A DNA stretch of 64,000 bases, from assembly GCA_951406725.2 (NCBI GenBank), contig OX597820.1, positions 76,446,001 through 76,510,000 on the forward strand, written 5' to 3'. This DNA comes from Octopus vulgaris (lineage: Eukaryota). The translations under genes and the position numbers were made by a program. The notes below the pieces were generated by a model, which saw nothing but the letters and a program-made list of their open reading frames with translations, did not search any database and was not told the DNA's origin. This document shows, piece by piece, positions 1 through 13,929 of this stretch (its first letter is position 1; every line of letters starts with the position of its first letter).

Positions 1-376
1 CCCAACGCGCCGCCGGGAATCCATCAACCGACCTCACGACCGTGTGCCTAATGCACCTTCACATATGCTATTCATTACTGGAAGGATTGAAATTAGGAAT
101 TTGAATGGAAGTCCAAGTATTTAAAGTTACAAACAACATATTTAGAAACTATGTTGCCTACGTACACAAGTATATTGATGATGATTATGATGAGGAGGAG
201 GACGACGACGGCGGCGGCGGCGGTGGTGGTGGTGGTAATGGTGGTGGTGGTGATGATGGTCATGATGATAATGGTGATGACGACGACGTTGCTCGATTTG
301 AGCGTTAATAAAAATAATTTCTTGCGAATGGGATCTATAGTCAATCGATTCAACAATATTATTACGTGCCTAGTTG

Positions 377-444
<68 letters not shown>

Positions 445-448
<4 letters not shown>

Positions 449-816
449 CGCCAAGGAAGGAGGTTATGTTTTCATCGGCATTGGCTTGACCGTCTGTGTG
501 TAAAACAACTCAAAAAGTTGTGAACAGTATTTGATGAAACTTGCAAGAAAAGTTGGTAATAATGCAAGGAACTGATGATGAAATGTTGGTAGTGATCCAG
601 GAATTTTTATGGATTCTTGCAGGATTTTCATTTGTTATATTTTCTTTAGATGAAGTATTAATGTTATGTTCTTTGATAATCTCCCTTGAAAACACGTTCA
701 TCGTTTCTATGTAACTTATGGTGGCGTTGCCGTTTCCAAAGTTTATTTTCGTTTTTCTATTAGTAATTTTATTCACGTATCGATCTTAAAATGAGCTGGT
801 TGGCGGAGGTCTGCGG
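445..816 (+). mobile_element. Helentron-associated (HINE/DINE-like) non-autonomous element; a related 3' end lies at about 1630-1763
   Basis: Starts TCCGCCAAGGAAGGAGGTTATGTTTTC and has the subterminal inverted TTGGCGGAGG at 800-809. The related copy ends GAGTGCTTTTCTAGT. Confidence 0.55.
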
Positions 817-1295
817 AGGATAACATGACAAGCCTTGACTAGTAGGATCGACTCAAAAAGCTCAGGCTTTGCTCCGTCCACCGCCGCTGTGAGCTCTATA
901 TCATCTGTATGATGTGGAAAATATTCCATCAACATTGCCCATCTTTAAAATTCGACCGAAGCTTGATTCCCGTGCCATCCGTCCAGTACAGAAATATTCG
1001 TGTCATATCACAACACTATTACAGAACTATTTCACCTCAATTGGCCCTGGTTTTTTCAGCATCGTGTCAGATACACATAAAGGAGGAAAGTGACTTCACG
1101 GCATTCAAACTATCTGTAGATGATTACCCACATCAAATGCCAGATTAACCACCCACACCCAGATATGTCTCTGAAAACAATAACCCTCTGCTTGAATGGG
1201 CTACGGTTCATCAGAGCTGGCTGTGTATCTCTTCCAGGTGGTGCTATTAAATTATACATGGCCTGAGTCAACTTCGGCCGAAACTTATCTAAGGA
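817..1295 (+). mobile_element. CR1/L2-group LINE 3' fragment
   Basis: Degenerate DRLKKLRL...YIICMMWKIFHQHCP. The 3' end GGTGGTGCTATTAA...GGCC..GGCCGAAAC is shared with the copy ending near 34990. Confidence 0.8.
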
Positions 1296-1761
1296 ATCTA
1301 ATCTATGCTGTAACTTTTTAATCAAAGCATGACAATGCAGAGCTGATATCTTAAGATTTCTGATGGTCTTAAGCATTAAAAAACATTTTTTAAAGATTTA
1401 TATAGAACTACATTCATAGTATGACTATTAGCTATTCTGTTTAGACCTGGTTTTAATAAAGCAATCCGAAATTAGAAAAATCAAAAATCTGCAACAATTT
1501 CGGTCCCATGGGTGTCGGATAATGGATTATCAACTGCGTAAAGAAACTGATTGCGGTGATCGTAGTTTTGACGGTGATTGTGGTGAAAGCAGAGACAGTG
1601 TTGATGATGACGATGGTCGAAATAATATGGGAGGAGGATAAAAAGTATGTCTTATGTTTTTGCCGGCGTTGGTTTGGGAAATTGGGCCATTTTCAGCATA
1701 CTTGTATATAAGTGGAATTGAGCTGCTTGACGGATGTCAGCGGTCTCCGAGTGCTTTTCTA

Positions 1762-1836
<75 letters not shown>

Positions 1837-1854
1837 TTATTATTATTATTTTAT

Positions 1855-2720
1855 CATACCGGGCGAAATGCTTGTATATTCTGAGTTCAAATTCCGCCGA
1901 GGTCGAGTTTGCCTTTCATCCTTTCGGGGTCGATATATTAAGTACAAGTTGCCCACTTGGGTCGATGTAATCAACTGCGCCCACTTCGCCAAATTTCAGG
2001 CCTTGTGCCTATAATAGAAAGGATTATCATACAGGTAGATAAGGCAATGAGGTGGCAGAATCATTAGCACGTCGGGCAAAATGCTCAGTGGCATTTCGCT
2101 CGTCTTTGCGTTTTGAGTTCAAATTCCACCGAGGTCGATTTTGCCTTTCATCATTTCGGGGACGATGAAAGGAGTACCAGTTGAACACTGGGATCAATGT
2201 AATTAACGTACGAATACCCCACCCCCCGAAGTTGCAGGCCTTGTTCCAAAAATTGAAACCAATATTAACAACTTCATTAAGGCCATGAGCTGACAGAAAT
2301 GTTAGCTCGCGAGACAAAATGCTTACGGCATTTCCTCTGTCTTTATAATCCAAATTCAAATTCCACCGAATTTGGTTTTGCATTTTTTTTTTCGGGGTCG
2401 ATAAAATAAGAGCGAGTTGAGCACTGTGGTTGAGGTAATCGACAACCCACTCTCCCCAAAATTGCTGGCCTTGTGCTAAAATTTAAATCCATTATTATAC
2501 AGGCAAGTAAGGCAGCAAGCTGGCAGAATCGTTAGTACGCTGGACGAAATGCTTAGCGGTATGGTATTTCTCCTGTCGCTACGTTTTGAGTTCAAATTCC
2601 GCCAAGGTAGTCTTTGCCTTTCATCCCTTTCGGAGTCGATAAAATAAGTACCAGTTGAACACTGGGGTCGATGTAAACGACTCATACCCATCTCCCCCAA
2701 GCTGCTCTTGCGGCAAAAAT
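1855..2720 (+). mobile_element. Head-to-tail cluster of four tRNA-derived SINEs (family A)
   Basis: Repeated GAGCTGGCAGAA.CGTTAGCACG..GGGCGAAATGC..TTCTGAGTTCAAATTCCGCCGAGGTCGACTTTGCCTTTCATCCTTTCGGGGTCGATAAA..AGTACCAG unit. Confidence 0.85.
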
Positions 2721-2735
2721 TTAAAATAATAATTA

Positions 2736-3102
2736 CTAGCACTATGACCCGGCGTTGCCGGGTCCTACAGCTAGTGCATGCATATACAGCTGCATGCGTG
2801 CGCACATACACGCGAGTACTGCCCAAATCTGCGACCAATCACATACAGCTAGCTGGCATTCAATTGGCGTATCAAGTTTCGGGCATTTTGATTGGGTTTT
2901 GGATAGAAAATACACAAAATGTCACTTCTATTGATTTTTTAATGGCTTTGCCGGGTGACTGGGGAAATGTAAAGATGTGCACGACCACCCTTCGACGGTT
3001 TTGAATGACCTTAGAAAGTGTGAGCCCTTTAACTGAAAAAATGTGGATTTGTATAAAGGACACACACACAGACAGACAGTTTGCCGTATATATACAGAGA
3101 GA
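2736..3102 (-). mobile_element. Non-autonomous Helitron
   Basis: On the minus strand: A|TC 5' end at 3102, 3' hairpin GACCCGGC-AAC-GCCGGGTC, then CTAG|T at 2736-2739. No target-site duplication. Confidence 0.75.
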
Positions 3103-3647
3103 TTAGTAGGTCTTTAATGTAACTCTGACAGTTAAAATAAGATTTGAAAGAAGATACGTATATAAAATCTGAATCCTTCAGCTTTTTAATAGAGCAGTGT
3201 ATCGTTTTTCCTAATGCAATGTGCTAAGTTAAGAATCAGACATTACCTCTGGTTAATTTAGAAATAGAATCACAGCAGCTGTTGAATTACCGAAATATAT
3301 TCACAGTTATCAGAATCACAAAACCACCCGAAGTTCAGACTCGCATACAGGAAGCACCAACCACTTGTTAACCTTTATCTTTTACTTGTTTCACTCATTA
3401 GACTGCAGTCATGTTGGAGCACCGCCTTGAGGAACGTTAATCGAACGAATTTCTGCCAGTAATTCTTTTTTAAAATTCTGGTACTTATTCTATCGTCTCT
3501 TTCGCTACACCGTTAAATTATGGGACCGTAAACACACTAACAGCGGTTGTCGACAGGTGTAGCGTTCAAATACAGACACAATAACACACACAAATAATAC
3601 ACACCACGCAAACACACATACACATATATGTAAGTGTATATATATAT

Positions 3648-4052
3648 ACTTTCGGTGAGAATGGTTTTGTTATACGGTGCCGTGTTTTAAATCCTGTAAA
3701 TAATAATTTATATATTATTTACAGGATTTATATAAGCTGGTATTTATATAAGCTTAAAGCGATCACCGTGCAATGACTAAAGAAAATAGTCTAATAAAGG
3801 GCTATATAAGCCCTCGACAGAATAAAGAAGGCTTTCTTATCCGCGTGAGACTCGAACCCAAGTCTCTTTGCTAACACGACTAAGTGTGTTACCTTTACAT
3901 CACCGAATTAAACTCCCTGTTTCTGTCAATTTAAAAATTATATTAGTTCCTATTTGTTTTATGTAAATAAACTTTTCATATGCTTTCGGTGCGAAAAGTT
4001 TTGTTATACAGTGCCGCATTTTAAACTCCTGGAAATAATAGTAATATAAACA
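3648..4052. repeat. (TA)n-embedded element with ~60 bp terminal direct repeats, an internal palindrome and a minus-strand tRNA-like segment; relative at 33425-33530
   Basis: CTTTCGGTG.GAA..GTTTTGTTATAC.GTGCCG at about 3649 and 3983. 18-bp perfect inverted repeat at 3688-3705 / 3713-3730. B box GGTTCGAGTC on the minus strand near 3850. Confidence 0.6.
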
Positions 4053-4082
4053 CTATATATATATATATATATATAAAATATG

Positions 4083-4144
<62 letters not shown>

Positions 4145-4178
4145 GATACATATATATATATATATGTATGTATGTATG

Positions 4179-4235
<57 letters not shown>

Positions 4236-4892
4236 GCTTCTTTCGGTTTTCGTGTTTCAAATCCAAAATCCACTCACAAAGCTTTGGTCTACCCAAAGCT
4301 TTAGGAGGACACACTTGCACAAAGTGCCACGCAATGGCACTGAACCCAGAACTATATGGCTGGAAACCAAAGTTCTTAACACACAACCACCTCCTTTATA
4401 AAACAATACTAAATATACTTGAAGATGTGGTTAATGCTTGAAGTAAGTATTTTGTTGACGCTTTGAAATAAGGATCGGGAAACAGCCGATCCCATTTGAA
4501 TTCAACACCGCTCTCAACTCTATATGAACATATTTATGGTCAGCATTAACACCAAAACGATAGGTTATTGAGTTGTAAAATCAAAGAGTCATTATTTTTC
4601 GTTAACACAGATGTGCTCAAAAATGTTTCTTATGCTTATACATTCCATTGTTTTTAATTGTAATCTTAGTGGCTATTTAAACATTGTATTCGAGGATGTG
4701 GTGCATAAGAGGGAACAGCATATCCCAAAATATGCTTAAACTTCCAATACCTATTTTTCTGTCTTCGATCGCAGTCGTAAATTCCAGTGGTTGCTCTAAA
4801 TTCTAATGAAAATCTGTAAAAATATTCTTACAAAATTTCGCCCTTCGCTTTAAAACGTTTGGGAACTTTGCTCAAATCGAGCAACGTCGTCA

Positions 4893-5068
4893 TTATTATT
4901 CAGGTCACTGCCTGGAATCGAACTCAGAATCTTGGGGTTTGTAGGTCGCGCTCTTAACCACTACGCTAAATGCCCGATGAAGGCTGGAGGGAATATGAGC
5001 CGAAACGTTCCGTTAACAACAAACAAGATGGGGACAAATATCCGTCGAATGTAAATAACGTAAATAAC
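4893..5068. mobile_element. Rearranged copy of the hammerhead SINE (head inverted relative to ribozyme and tail)
   Basis: tRNA head on the minus strand (4901-4975) joined directly to a plus-strand hammerhead and tail (4974-5068). Confidence 0.7.
4974..5014 (+). ncRNA. Hammerhead motif H1, truncated at an inversion junction
   Basis: CCGAUGA-A-GGCUG...GAGCC-GAAAC-GUU. The 5' strand of stem I is replaced by an inverted tRNA head. Confidence 0.55.
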
Positions 5069-5500
5069 AGAAGCACCGGTTGTCAAACAGTATCAGCGAA
5101 CACACACTCGTGCGCGCGTACACACACCTACGCACACATACCCCCCCCCCACACAACTGTTTTTTTATATTAATTCTGCAGTCGATAAAAAAAAATGTTG
5201 AAATATGGCGAAGGATATAGACGGAATTTTAGATATCAGCGGCCATAACTTTTATTTAAGTTTTAAAGAGTTAACTCCCCTGCCAAATAACGTTTCTTCC
5301 AGAAGTGAAATTAAAATATATATATTGTTTTATTCTTTTATTTGTTTCAGTTATTTGACTGCGTTAATGCTGGAGCATAGCCTTTAGTCGAACACATCGA
5401 CCCTTGCACTCATTCTTTTGCCGAACCGCTAAGTTACGGAGATGTAAACACATCAACATCGCTTGTCAAGCGATGGTGGGGAAACAAATACAGACACAAA

Positions 5501-5591
<91 letters not shown>

Positions 5592-5644
5592 TATATGTAT
5601 ATATATGTATATGTATGTATATATATATACATATATATACACTG

Positions 5645-8600
5645 AGGAAAGACAAGAAATGTCTCTCAGGAAAACATCCAGAAAAGAAGTGTGCTCCTCA
5701 GATGTTCTGCGCAACGCAGCAGCTGAGCAAGAGTTGTTTTTGTGCATGGCGCAAAGGATTGTCCAGCAGCTAACCGAGCTACACCAAGCACAAAAAGGAA
5801 CCTTGCCCACCACTATGCAAGACCACCACAGTCAACAGACACGGGATGGCCTCCCCTAACGCCTGCACAGTCATCACCCCAATACTTTTACTAAATATTG
5901 GGGGGCTGTTGCATCAAAATAAAAACAAAATTTATTTCCTGAGAGATCTTACTGCATGCAATCAAGCCCTATTCATAGCACTCGTGGAAACTCACCTCAG
6001 CCCTGATATAGAGGACGCAGAAATACACGTACCAAACTATGCCATACTGCGAACAGACAGAAGGGAAAGGAGCCATGGTGGAGTTGCTGTATACATCCTG
6101 GATGACCTCACATCCCCAGGTCTTACTGATATATTCAAATTCGGTATGTGACACTCTAATTGTATACATAAGACAACATAATATAGTCATATGCAATACA
6201 TATTGCCCACCGGATGCCCCAAACCACATAGGCAAGTTTGAAGATTGCCTCACAAGAATTAAAGAAATCCTCATTAATCTGGAACACCACGTGACCATAT
6301 TTCTTATGGGTGATTTCAACTTCCCCAACGTCAAATGGCCCGAAGGTCTCATACTCTCAGAAGTGACTCATTGCAAGCAAGCACAGGTGGAGTCCCTGCT
6401 CAACCTCACCAATGCCCTATTCATGGAGCAACCTGTACTCAGACCAACTAGGACGAATAACATTCTGGATCTCTGCTTCACGAACAATATGGACATCATT
6501 CATGATGTGAAAGTGACACCGACTTTAATCTCGGAACACAACATAATAGAGCTGTCTATGTTTGGGCCGAAAGTAACCATAGACATACAGCCTAAAGGAA
6601 GCACCCGAAATCTCTCCAATCTGAACTTCCACAAAGCAGATTGGAAATCGATCCAAAAAGAGATCCTCAGAGAGGACTGGCCGAAATGTCTCTCCACACC
6701 AGACATTAACAGGAAATTAGAATGTTTCATCTCTACTGTGCAAGCCATATGCTAGAAATGTCCCAGAGCATAAGGCCAAAACAAATAGGAGCAAGTTTCC
6801 AAGAGAGAGGACGATCCTCATGAGACGACGGACGAAGGTTGCAAATCGACTCAACCGATATCCCAAAACGTCCCGCCTATAAACAACACTGATGGAGATC
6901 GAAAAAGGCTGCAACAATCCTATGTGAGAGACAAAGCAGACAAAGAAGCCTGGGTTATAAAAAACATTAAGTCAAACCCAAAGGCCTTCTTTCATTACGC
7001 GACAGTAACAGCCTCAGTACACTACAAGATAGGACACCTCCTCCAAAAGGATGGCTCCCTCACAGACAGTCCAACTAAGATCAGTGAGATACTGAATGAC
7101 CAGTTCAAAAGTGTATTTACCACCCCGTTGGAACACAGACAAGTGAACGAACCTGTGGACTTCTTTGCAGCCTCACCTATAACCAGCGAGGCAGTTACAA
7201 AGGAATACATTGACATTAGCGAAGACGATATACGACTAGCCATAGATAAAGTGGAAACAAACTCAACTGCTGGTCCTGATGATTTCCCAGCAATCCTCCT
7301 CAAATCATGTAAGCATACCCTGGCAAAACCCCTCAAGATTCTCTTCCAGAGCATTCTTACAAATGTCAAACTGCCAAGCAAGCTGAAGGAGGGAATAATA
7401 TGCCCAATACATAAAGGAGGAAGTAGAACAGATGCCCAAAACTATAGGCTTACCTCTCTGACTTCACACATCAGCAAAATCATGGAACGGATAGTCAGAG
7501 GGAAACTAATCGCATTCCTTGAAAAGAATAACTTGCTGAGTGATACCCAGGATGGTTTTCGACAAGGTAGGAGTTGCCTGACCCAGCTCTTACAACATTA
7601 TGACTGGGTGTTGAGGTAGTTACTCAACAAATCAAATGTGGACGAAATATACCTTGATTTTGCAAAAGCTTTTGACAAGGTGGATCATGGTATGATATGC
7701 CACAAACTGCGTGACCTTGGCATAGCTGGAAAACTTGGAGTGTGGTTATATGACTTCCTGAAAGATAGGAGTCAGGCAGTAGCGGCTAATGGAGCCACCT
7801 CTATAAACACACAAATAGTGAGCGGGGTTCCACAGGGCACTGTCTTGGGACCACTGCTTTTTATAGTGGCCCTCTCAGATATGCCCTCAAATGCCCGGAT
7901 AGCTACTCTGGAAAGCTATACAGATGGTACGAAAGTCTCTCAGAAAAAACAGAACCCCAACGATGTTGCACACATGCAGCAGGAGTTGGACTCAATTTAC
8001 AGATGGGCTCAGGATAATAATATGCAGTTTAATGCTGAAAAATTCCAGACTCTGCGCTACCAGCTTCCAAAACTGAATATGAAACTTACAGGGTACACCG
8101 GTCCACAGGGAATTTCACTCCCAGACCCTAAGTCTGTGAGGTACCTGGGTATCGACATGAGTGATGATACCTCTTTCCAAGTGAACATTACCAGAATGGC
8201 GACAAAGAGCAGACGACTGGCTGGATGGATCCTAAGAACATTCAGAACCAGAGATAAGGAAACCGTGATGGTCCTCTGGTGGACATTTGTCCTCAGCTGC
8301 CTGGATTACTACTCACAGCTATGGTCACCCACCAGTGTGAAATTGACAACGGACCTTGAAGTAATCCAGAGAAGATTCACAAAGAAGATAGTCTCTTTGC
8401 AACAGCTCAGCTACTGCGAAAGGTTGAAACAGCTAAGACGCTACTCCCTGGAGAGAAGACAGGAGAGGTATGCAGTAATATATATCTGGAAGATCCTGGA
8501 AGGAATTGTACCAAATTTTGGCATTGAAAGCTACACCAATGCCAGAACGGGGCGACACTGTATAGTGCCAAAGGTCCCAGCAATACCATCACACTTCAGG

Positions 8601-8716
8601 ACCAGTTACTGCAACAGCCTGGGTTTCAAGGGTCCACATATTTTTAATATTCTCCCAAAGAGTCTGAGGAACTTGCACAAAGTAGATGTAGGGGTTTTTA
8701 AAACAAAACTTTATAT
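5645..8716 (+). mobile_element. CR1/L2-group LINE, nearly complete but disrupted ORF2 (APE endonuclease + RT)
   Basis: APE motifs (LVETHL, RTDR..HGGVAVY, MGDFNFP, NILDLCF, SEHN) and RT motifs (QDGFR.GRSCLTQL, YLDFAKAFDKVDH, SGVPQGTVLGPLLF, YTDGTK for YADDTK). Split by frameshifts and stops (e.g. 6753-6755, 7617-7619). Confidence 0.95.
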
Positions 8717-8764
<48 letters not shown>

Positions 8765-9130
8765 GTTTAACGTCCGCTTTCCGCGCTAGCACGGGTTGGA
8801 CGGTTCGACCGGGGTCTGGGAAGCCAGGGGCTGCTCGTGGCTCCAGTCTGATCTGGCAGAGTTTCTACGGCTGAATGCCCTTCTTAACACCAACCACTCC
8901 GCGAATGTAGTGGGTGCTTTTTACGTGCTACCTGCACAGGTGCCAGGGGGGGGGGGGGGCGGCATCGGCAACGATCGGTTGGAGCTTTTAACGTGCCAGC
9001 GGCACGGAAGCCATCCAAGGTGGCGCTGGCAACGTTCGGATGGTGCTTTTTATGTGCCACCGAAACAGAAGCCAGTCGGGGCGGCGCTGGCATCGGCCAC
9101 GTTCGGATAGTGCTTTTTATGTGCCACCAT
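8717..9130 (-). mobile_element. Retroposon 3' end with (TGA)n tail and internal GGTGCTTTTTA(C/T)GTGC repeats
   Basis: Minus strand ends CCGTCCAACCCGTGCTAGCGCGGAAAGCGGACGTTAAACG(ATG)n. It truncates the adjacent CR1 LINE. Confidence 0.6.
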
Positions 9131-9409
9131 ATATATATATATATATATATATAAGACACTTGCCCAAGGTGCCATACAGTGGGACTGAACCTGGAACAAT
9201 GTTATTGAGAAGCAAGATTATTACCACACAGCCACTCCTGCGCCTATACGTACACACACACACAAACACACACACACACACACACACACATACACACACA
9301 CACACATACAGGCACGCACACACACACATGTTGTTACATTTTTGATGTGTTCATGTTTTGGGGGCCAGTTCACCGCATACGCTATATACTTGTTCTGCAC
9401 TCCACCATA

Positions 9410-10300
9410 ATATGTTGATTTCTCGTCAAGCTGGTATACTGGTCGTTTATGGTTAGGGTATTCTCTTTCAAAGAAAGCCTTGTTTTTTTTTGCTTGTCGG
9501 CACTTTAATACTTCTGCTCAAGCTGATACCTGTTTTAATGAATATTCTAATTGGCATCATGCAAAAGAAAATAAACATCAAAGGTTTAAATAAGCCCGCA
9601 AACTCTGCATCCCATATCCAAGCTATGGTAATACGTAAGGAACGCCAAAAGCGTTTATCCACAACGTCCATGTCTTCAATCTTGCAAAATGATTAGTTGA
9701 ACAAAAGCCGTGTATTATATCAGTTCCGTTGTTGATATTGTTAATTTTCTTTGTGGAAACGAATTGCCTTTTCGAGGAAACGAAAATGAAGCTTTTTCAG
9801 GATTTTTATTCGGAAGACGATACGTAGCCTTGTGGTCGTTTTATAAAATTATACCAGTACACATTAGATAAGGACTCAAAGCTAATAGAACGTTACAGTA
9901 CGATTCGATAAAATGCGACCTACACCTCAGCGACTTCACATCAAACTCTACAGTCTTATAAATAAAGGCTCAAGACCTTTAATATTTGCAAACCAAAATA
10001 ATCTTGAAAGGGAATGGGTGGAAACTATTAAAACTGTTCAACTATTTTGGAGATGTTTGGCAACTGCTTTGATCTTAGACCGTGTGTAGAAACTAAAACA
10101 AATAAAGCGTTAAAGGCACATATTATCTATTTAAAATAACACAAGAATTGGTAGCTTCACTAAACAGTCTTTGAGCTATTGTGGGCAGTTAAACAGTGTC
10201 ATACACGCGGTTATTGTTTAACTAATGCTTAAACATAAACTACAACACCAGGGAATGATTATAACATTTGGTACAATAAATAATTGGACTGGTTGCTGCT
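9410..10300 (+). pseudogene. hAT-family (ZnF_TTF/DUF4371-type) transposase relic
   Basis: Frameshifted translation gives SSWYTGRLWLGYSLSKKA..FACRHF, YSNWHHA, VVDIVNFLCGNELPFRG and KNATYTS, all characteristic of ZMYM1-like hAT transposases. Confidence 0.65.
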
Positions 10301-11884
10301 GCGAGTGTCACTGGCCACACTCCGTGGCCATGCACACCATAAGTTCTAGCGTGTGACCCATCCACCCATGCATCCATCTACTGTTGCTTTTCTCCACCCT
10401 TCTTTTTCTTCTCCATTTTTCTACACACACACACACACATACACACACACACACACACACACGCGCGCACACATATATATATATATATATATTCTGATTT
10501 TTTTTTATACAATAACTTTAATTGACTGTTGAAAATAAATTATTTTCCTGTCGTAAAAAAGATACGCCTAAATAATATAAAGGCCAATAACTCTGATTAC
10601 TTATTTGTGAGTTACTTCCCTTAGAATTTGAACGCTGCGTTTTCAGTGACAGCTATTAGGTATGATGTTACTTCTGCATAAAATTATACAGCAGCTATAA
10701 ATATTTTTAAATTTTATACTTTAACCATTATATAAACATTAGACCCAGCCAGCTGAATCATGTAACTTTAAAAATTACTCAGGTTCGGCAAGTTTAGACA
10801 CTTACGCACAAAATCAAGAAATCCTTTGAACAAAATGGTATAAATATAATTTTAAGTTTAAGATTTCTAGTGTTTCAGAAATATTTTATTAACCCATTAA
10901 CTGCCAAATTTTTTAATTCATATTTTTTTACCTTGCCAGGTTCTTTAGGAGTTAAAATAATATATAGTATTTAAATTCTCTTCATATGTGAATTATTTTG
11001 GAAATTCTGATAAAATTTTCGATATGTGCCAAATGGGGATTGCTGAAAAAAAGCCTATTTATCCCTTTCTATTCAATTGCAATAATAAATATTTTAGCTT
11101 TTTTGACACTATAGTATCAGATGTGAATGTGTATGAAATATCAATGAATGATATAGATCGGAAATGCAAAATATATAAATAAATAAATTAATTAAATATG
11201 ACATTTTCAAAATAGTCAATATTTTTGTAGTTTATAACAGTCCTCTAGTATTAGCCAGAGCTAATAATGATCAAACTTTGTTAAACACACATCTGCAAAT
11301 GCAGTGTACATAAGCAACACTTTAAGTACAACGAACAACCGGCAGTGAGCCTGTTTACAGCAGATCCCAATATGGGGCTCATGGCAAGCAATAACTATTT
11401 GTATTAGGGATTTGCTGAGATGTGGAATGACTTATTTTTTATCTGTAATCCTTGACTTTTATTTCTTTCAGTCGCTGGACTGTGGCTACGCTGGAGCACT
11501 GCATTTACGAGTGTTTGGTCGACAGAATTGACTACATTATGAGTTTCGTAATTACTCCATCGGACTTTATGCTGAACCGCTAAGTTCTGCTGACATAAAC
11601 AGTCCAAACCAACGACGAGGGTGAGCGGAAAATACAGACACAAAGACATACAGGCGCAGATATACATATAATCACACACACATACATACATACCTACCTA
11701 CCTACATACATACATACATACATACATACATACATACATACATACATACATACATACATACACACACACATACACACACACACGCATACACGCTCATAGG
11801 AACACATATATATTACCTATGCAGTAGTTATATAAAAAGGGCAAATTTAGCTATTTCTCTGTAGGTTGAGAAAATTGATGAATA

Positions 11885-11927
11885 ACCTTAATCGATTTTC
11901 AAACTTTCTTGGCTTCTTATCAGAGGT
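11885..11927 (-). ncRNA. Hammerhead motif (family H5), G8A-mutated
   Basis: ACCU-CUGAUAA-G-AAGC(CAAGAAA)GUUU-GAAA-AUCGAU-UA-AGGU. Stem I ACCU/AGGU and palindromic AAUCGAUU stem III. Confidence 0.55.
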
Positions 11928-12121
11928 GTCCACATTAATTTGATCAACCACAGAGAAACAAGCTGCTTATCTGTTCAACGAAAAAGAACTCTATCGGTGA
12001 GAGACAAATACCTTTGAATACTACAGTGTACATTAAATTATATATACATGTATGTATATATATGTATACATATATATATATGTATATATACATATATGTT
12101 ATATATACATATATATATATG

Positions 12122-12192
<71 letters not shown>

Positions 12193-12280
12193 ATATATAT
12201 ATGTAATATATAAATAAATATCTGTAAATATGAACCATCCGATCTTCTGATTACCTCATTTCTTCTAATATATATGTATA

Positions 12281-12392
<112 letters not shown>

Positions 12393-12689
12393 TATATATA
12401 TTCCAAGAAAGTTAGAGGTTGTGAATCCAACCAGCTAAGGGATAATATCTTATCCAATATACTGCTGGTAGAATATCCAATTATTAATACACAAGTGTTT
12501 TTTATTGCATTGCAATTACATTCTCGAGTGTACTAAATGAGTGAAGGTAAAGAGATATTTTACCATTAATTTGTAGAGCAATAAGAAAATGGAGGAGATC
12601 AATAGGTGGTTCATCAACTTTTAGACATTATATTATATTAACGTATTTTTTTTATTTATTTACTAAACTGACAATTACAAAGCAAAGGC

Positions 12690-13929
12690 TGGGTATGTAT
12701 TCAAAAGCCACCAGCAAAAAGCCAACCACTTCTTATTCAAGGATGACCTCAAAGTTTATGGTAAATATGAATCACAAGTCAGTTCCTTCGGTGTATACTT
12801 TCAGTGCTGATATCAGAATGAAGTTCGGACTGAGAAAGTGTGGTGTGTTAGTCTTGAAGAGAAGCAAAATCAAATGTATGGACGGGCTAGCGATATCGTC
12901 GTGGGGAGGTTATGCAGCAGATAGGGGAGACGGGTTATAAATACTTGAGGATATTGGAAATGGATAAATTGATGGAAAAGGAAGTGATTTAAGGTGGAGT
13001 ACTTGCGCAGACTGAGACTGATCCTGAAGTCGAAATTAAAGGGACGGAATAAGATCAAAGCTATCAACACCTGAGTAGTTTGATAAAAAAAAGAATGCAT
13101 GGACAATTTCATAGGGATGGTGAAGATAAAGCAGACAGAGAAAAAAGATGGCTATGGATGACCAAAAGTGATTTAAAATTGGAAACGGAGGCTCTAATTT
13201 GTGCTGCCGAAGAGCAAGGATTAAGAACCAATTACATCATATTCAGAATAGACAACATATCAGAAAGTGATAAGTGCAAAATTTGTGGACAAAATGGGGA
13301 AACAATATGGCATATTACCAGTCAATGTACGTCACTAGCCCAGAAGGAATATAAGAGACGCCACAACAATATAGCAAGGCTTGCCCATTGGACACTTTGC
13401 AAAACGTATGGACTTGACAGAGCAAAAAAGTGTTACGAACAATAGAACCGAAATTATCATCGAAAATGATAAGGCAGAGATCGTATAGGATATCATGATT
13501 CAGTGCAGCCATGAGATAGTGAATAGGAAATCAGACATAGTGTTAATTGAGAAAGGAAGCAAACGATGCTGGATCATAGACATAGCATGCCCATCTGACA
13601 ACAAGGTATGCGATAAGGAAGAAGGAAAAGTCGACAGATATGACATGTTAGCTTGGGAGGTTAAGCAGTTGTGGTCGATGAAAAAGGTGGTAGTAGTCCC
13701 AATAAATGTCGGATCCCTGGGAACAGTGAGTAAAAATCTTGAGAAGCAGATGGAACAAATAGGGGTTGCAATGAGGGTGGAGCACTTGCAGAAAACAGCA
13801 CTGCTTGGAACCGCTCGAATACTCTGGATGGTGCTCGAAAATTAAGGGGTGTTACATTAATTCACTGGTAGTGAACAGCTGACACCGTGGTACATATCCA
13901 GAGTTAGAAGGTGTGCAAAGGCAATAAAC

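Noticed and set aside
1258-1290. GGCC...GGCC-GAAAC hairpin at the LINE 3' end (also about 34950-34980)
   Set aside because: No catalytic core upstream; best explained as the ordinary LINE 3' recognition stem-loop.
809-1743. Apparent 8-bp TSD (GTCTGCGG / GTCAGCGG) around 817-1735
   Set aside because: The similarity extends further upstream, so these are two copies of the Helentron-like 3' end, not a TSD.
4004-4441. Numerous ORFs rich in YI/IY, CV, poly-I, poly-L, poly-S or TH repeats throughout the window
   Set aside because: They are translations of microsatellites that lack stop codons; no domain or splice support.
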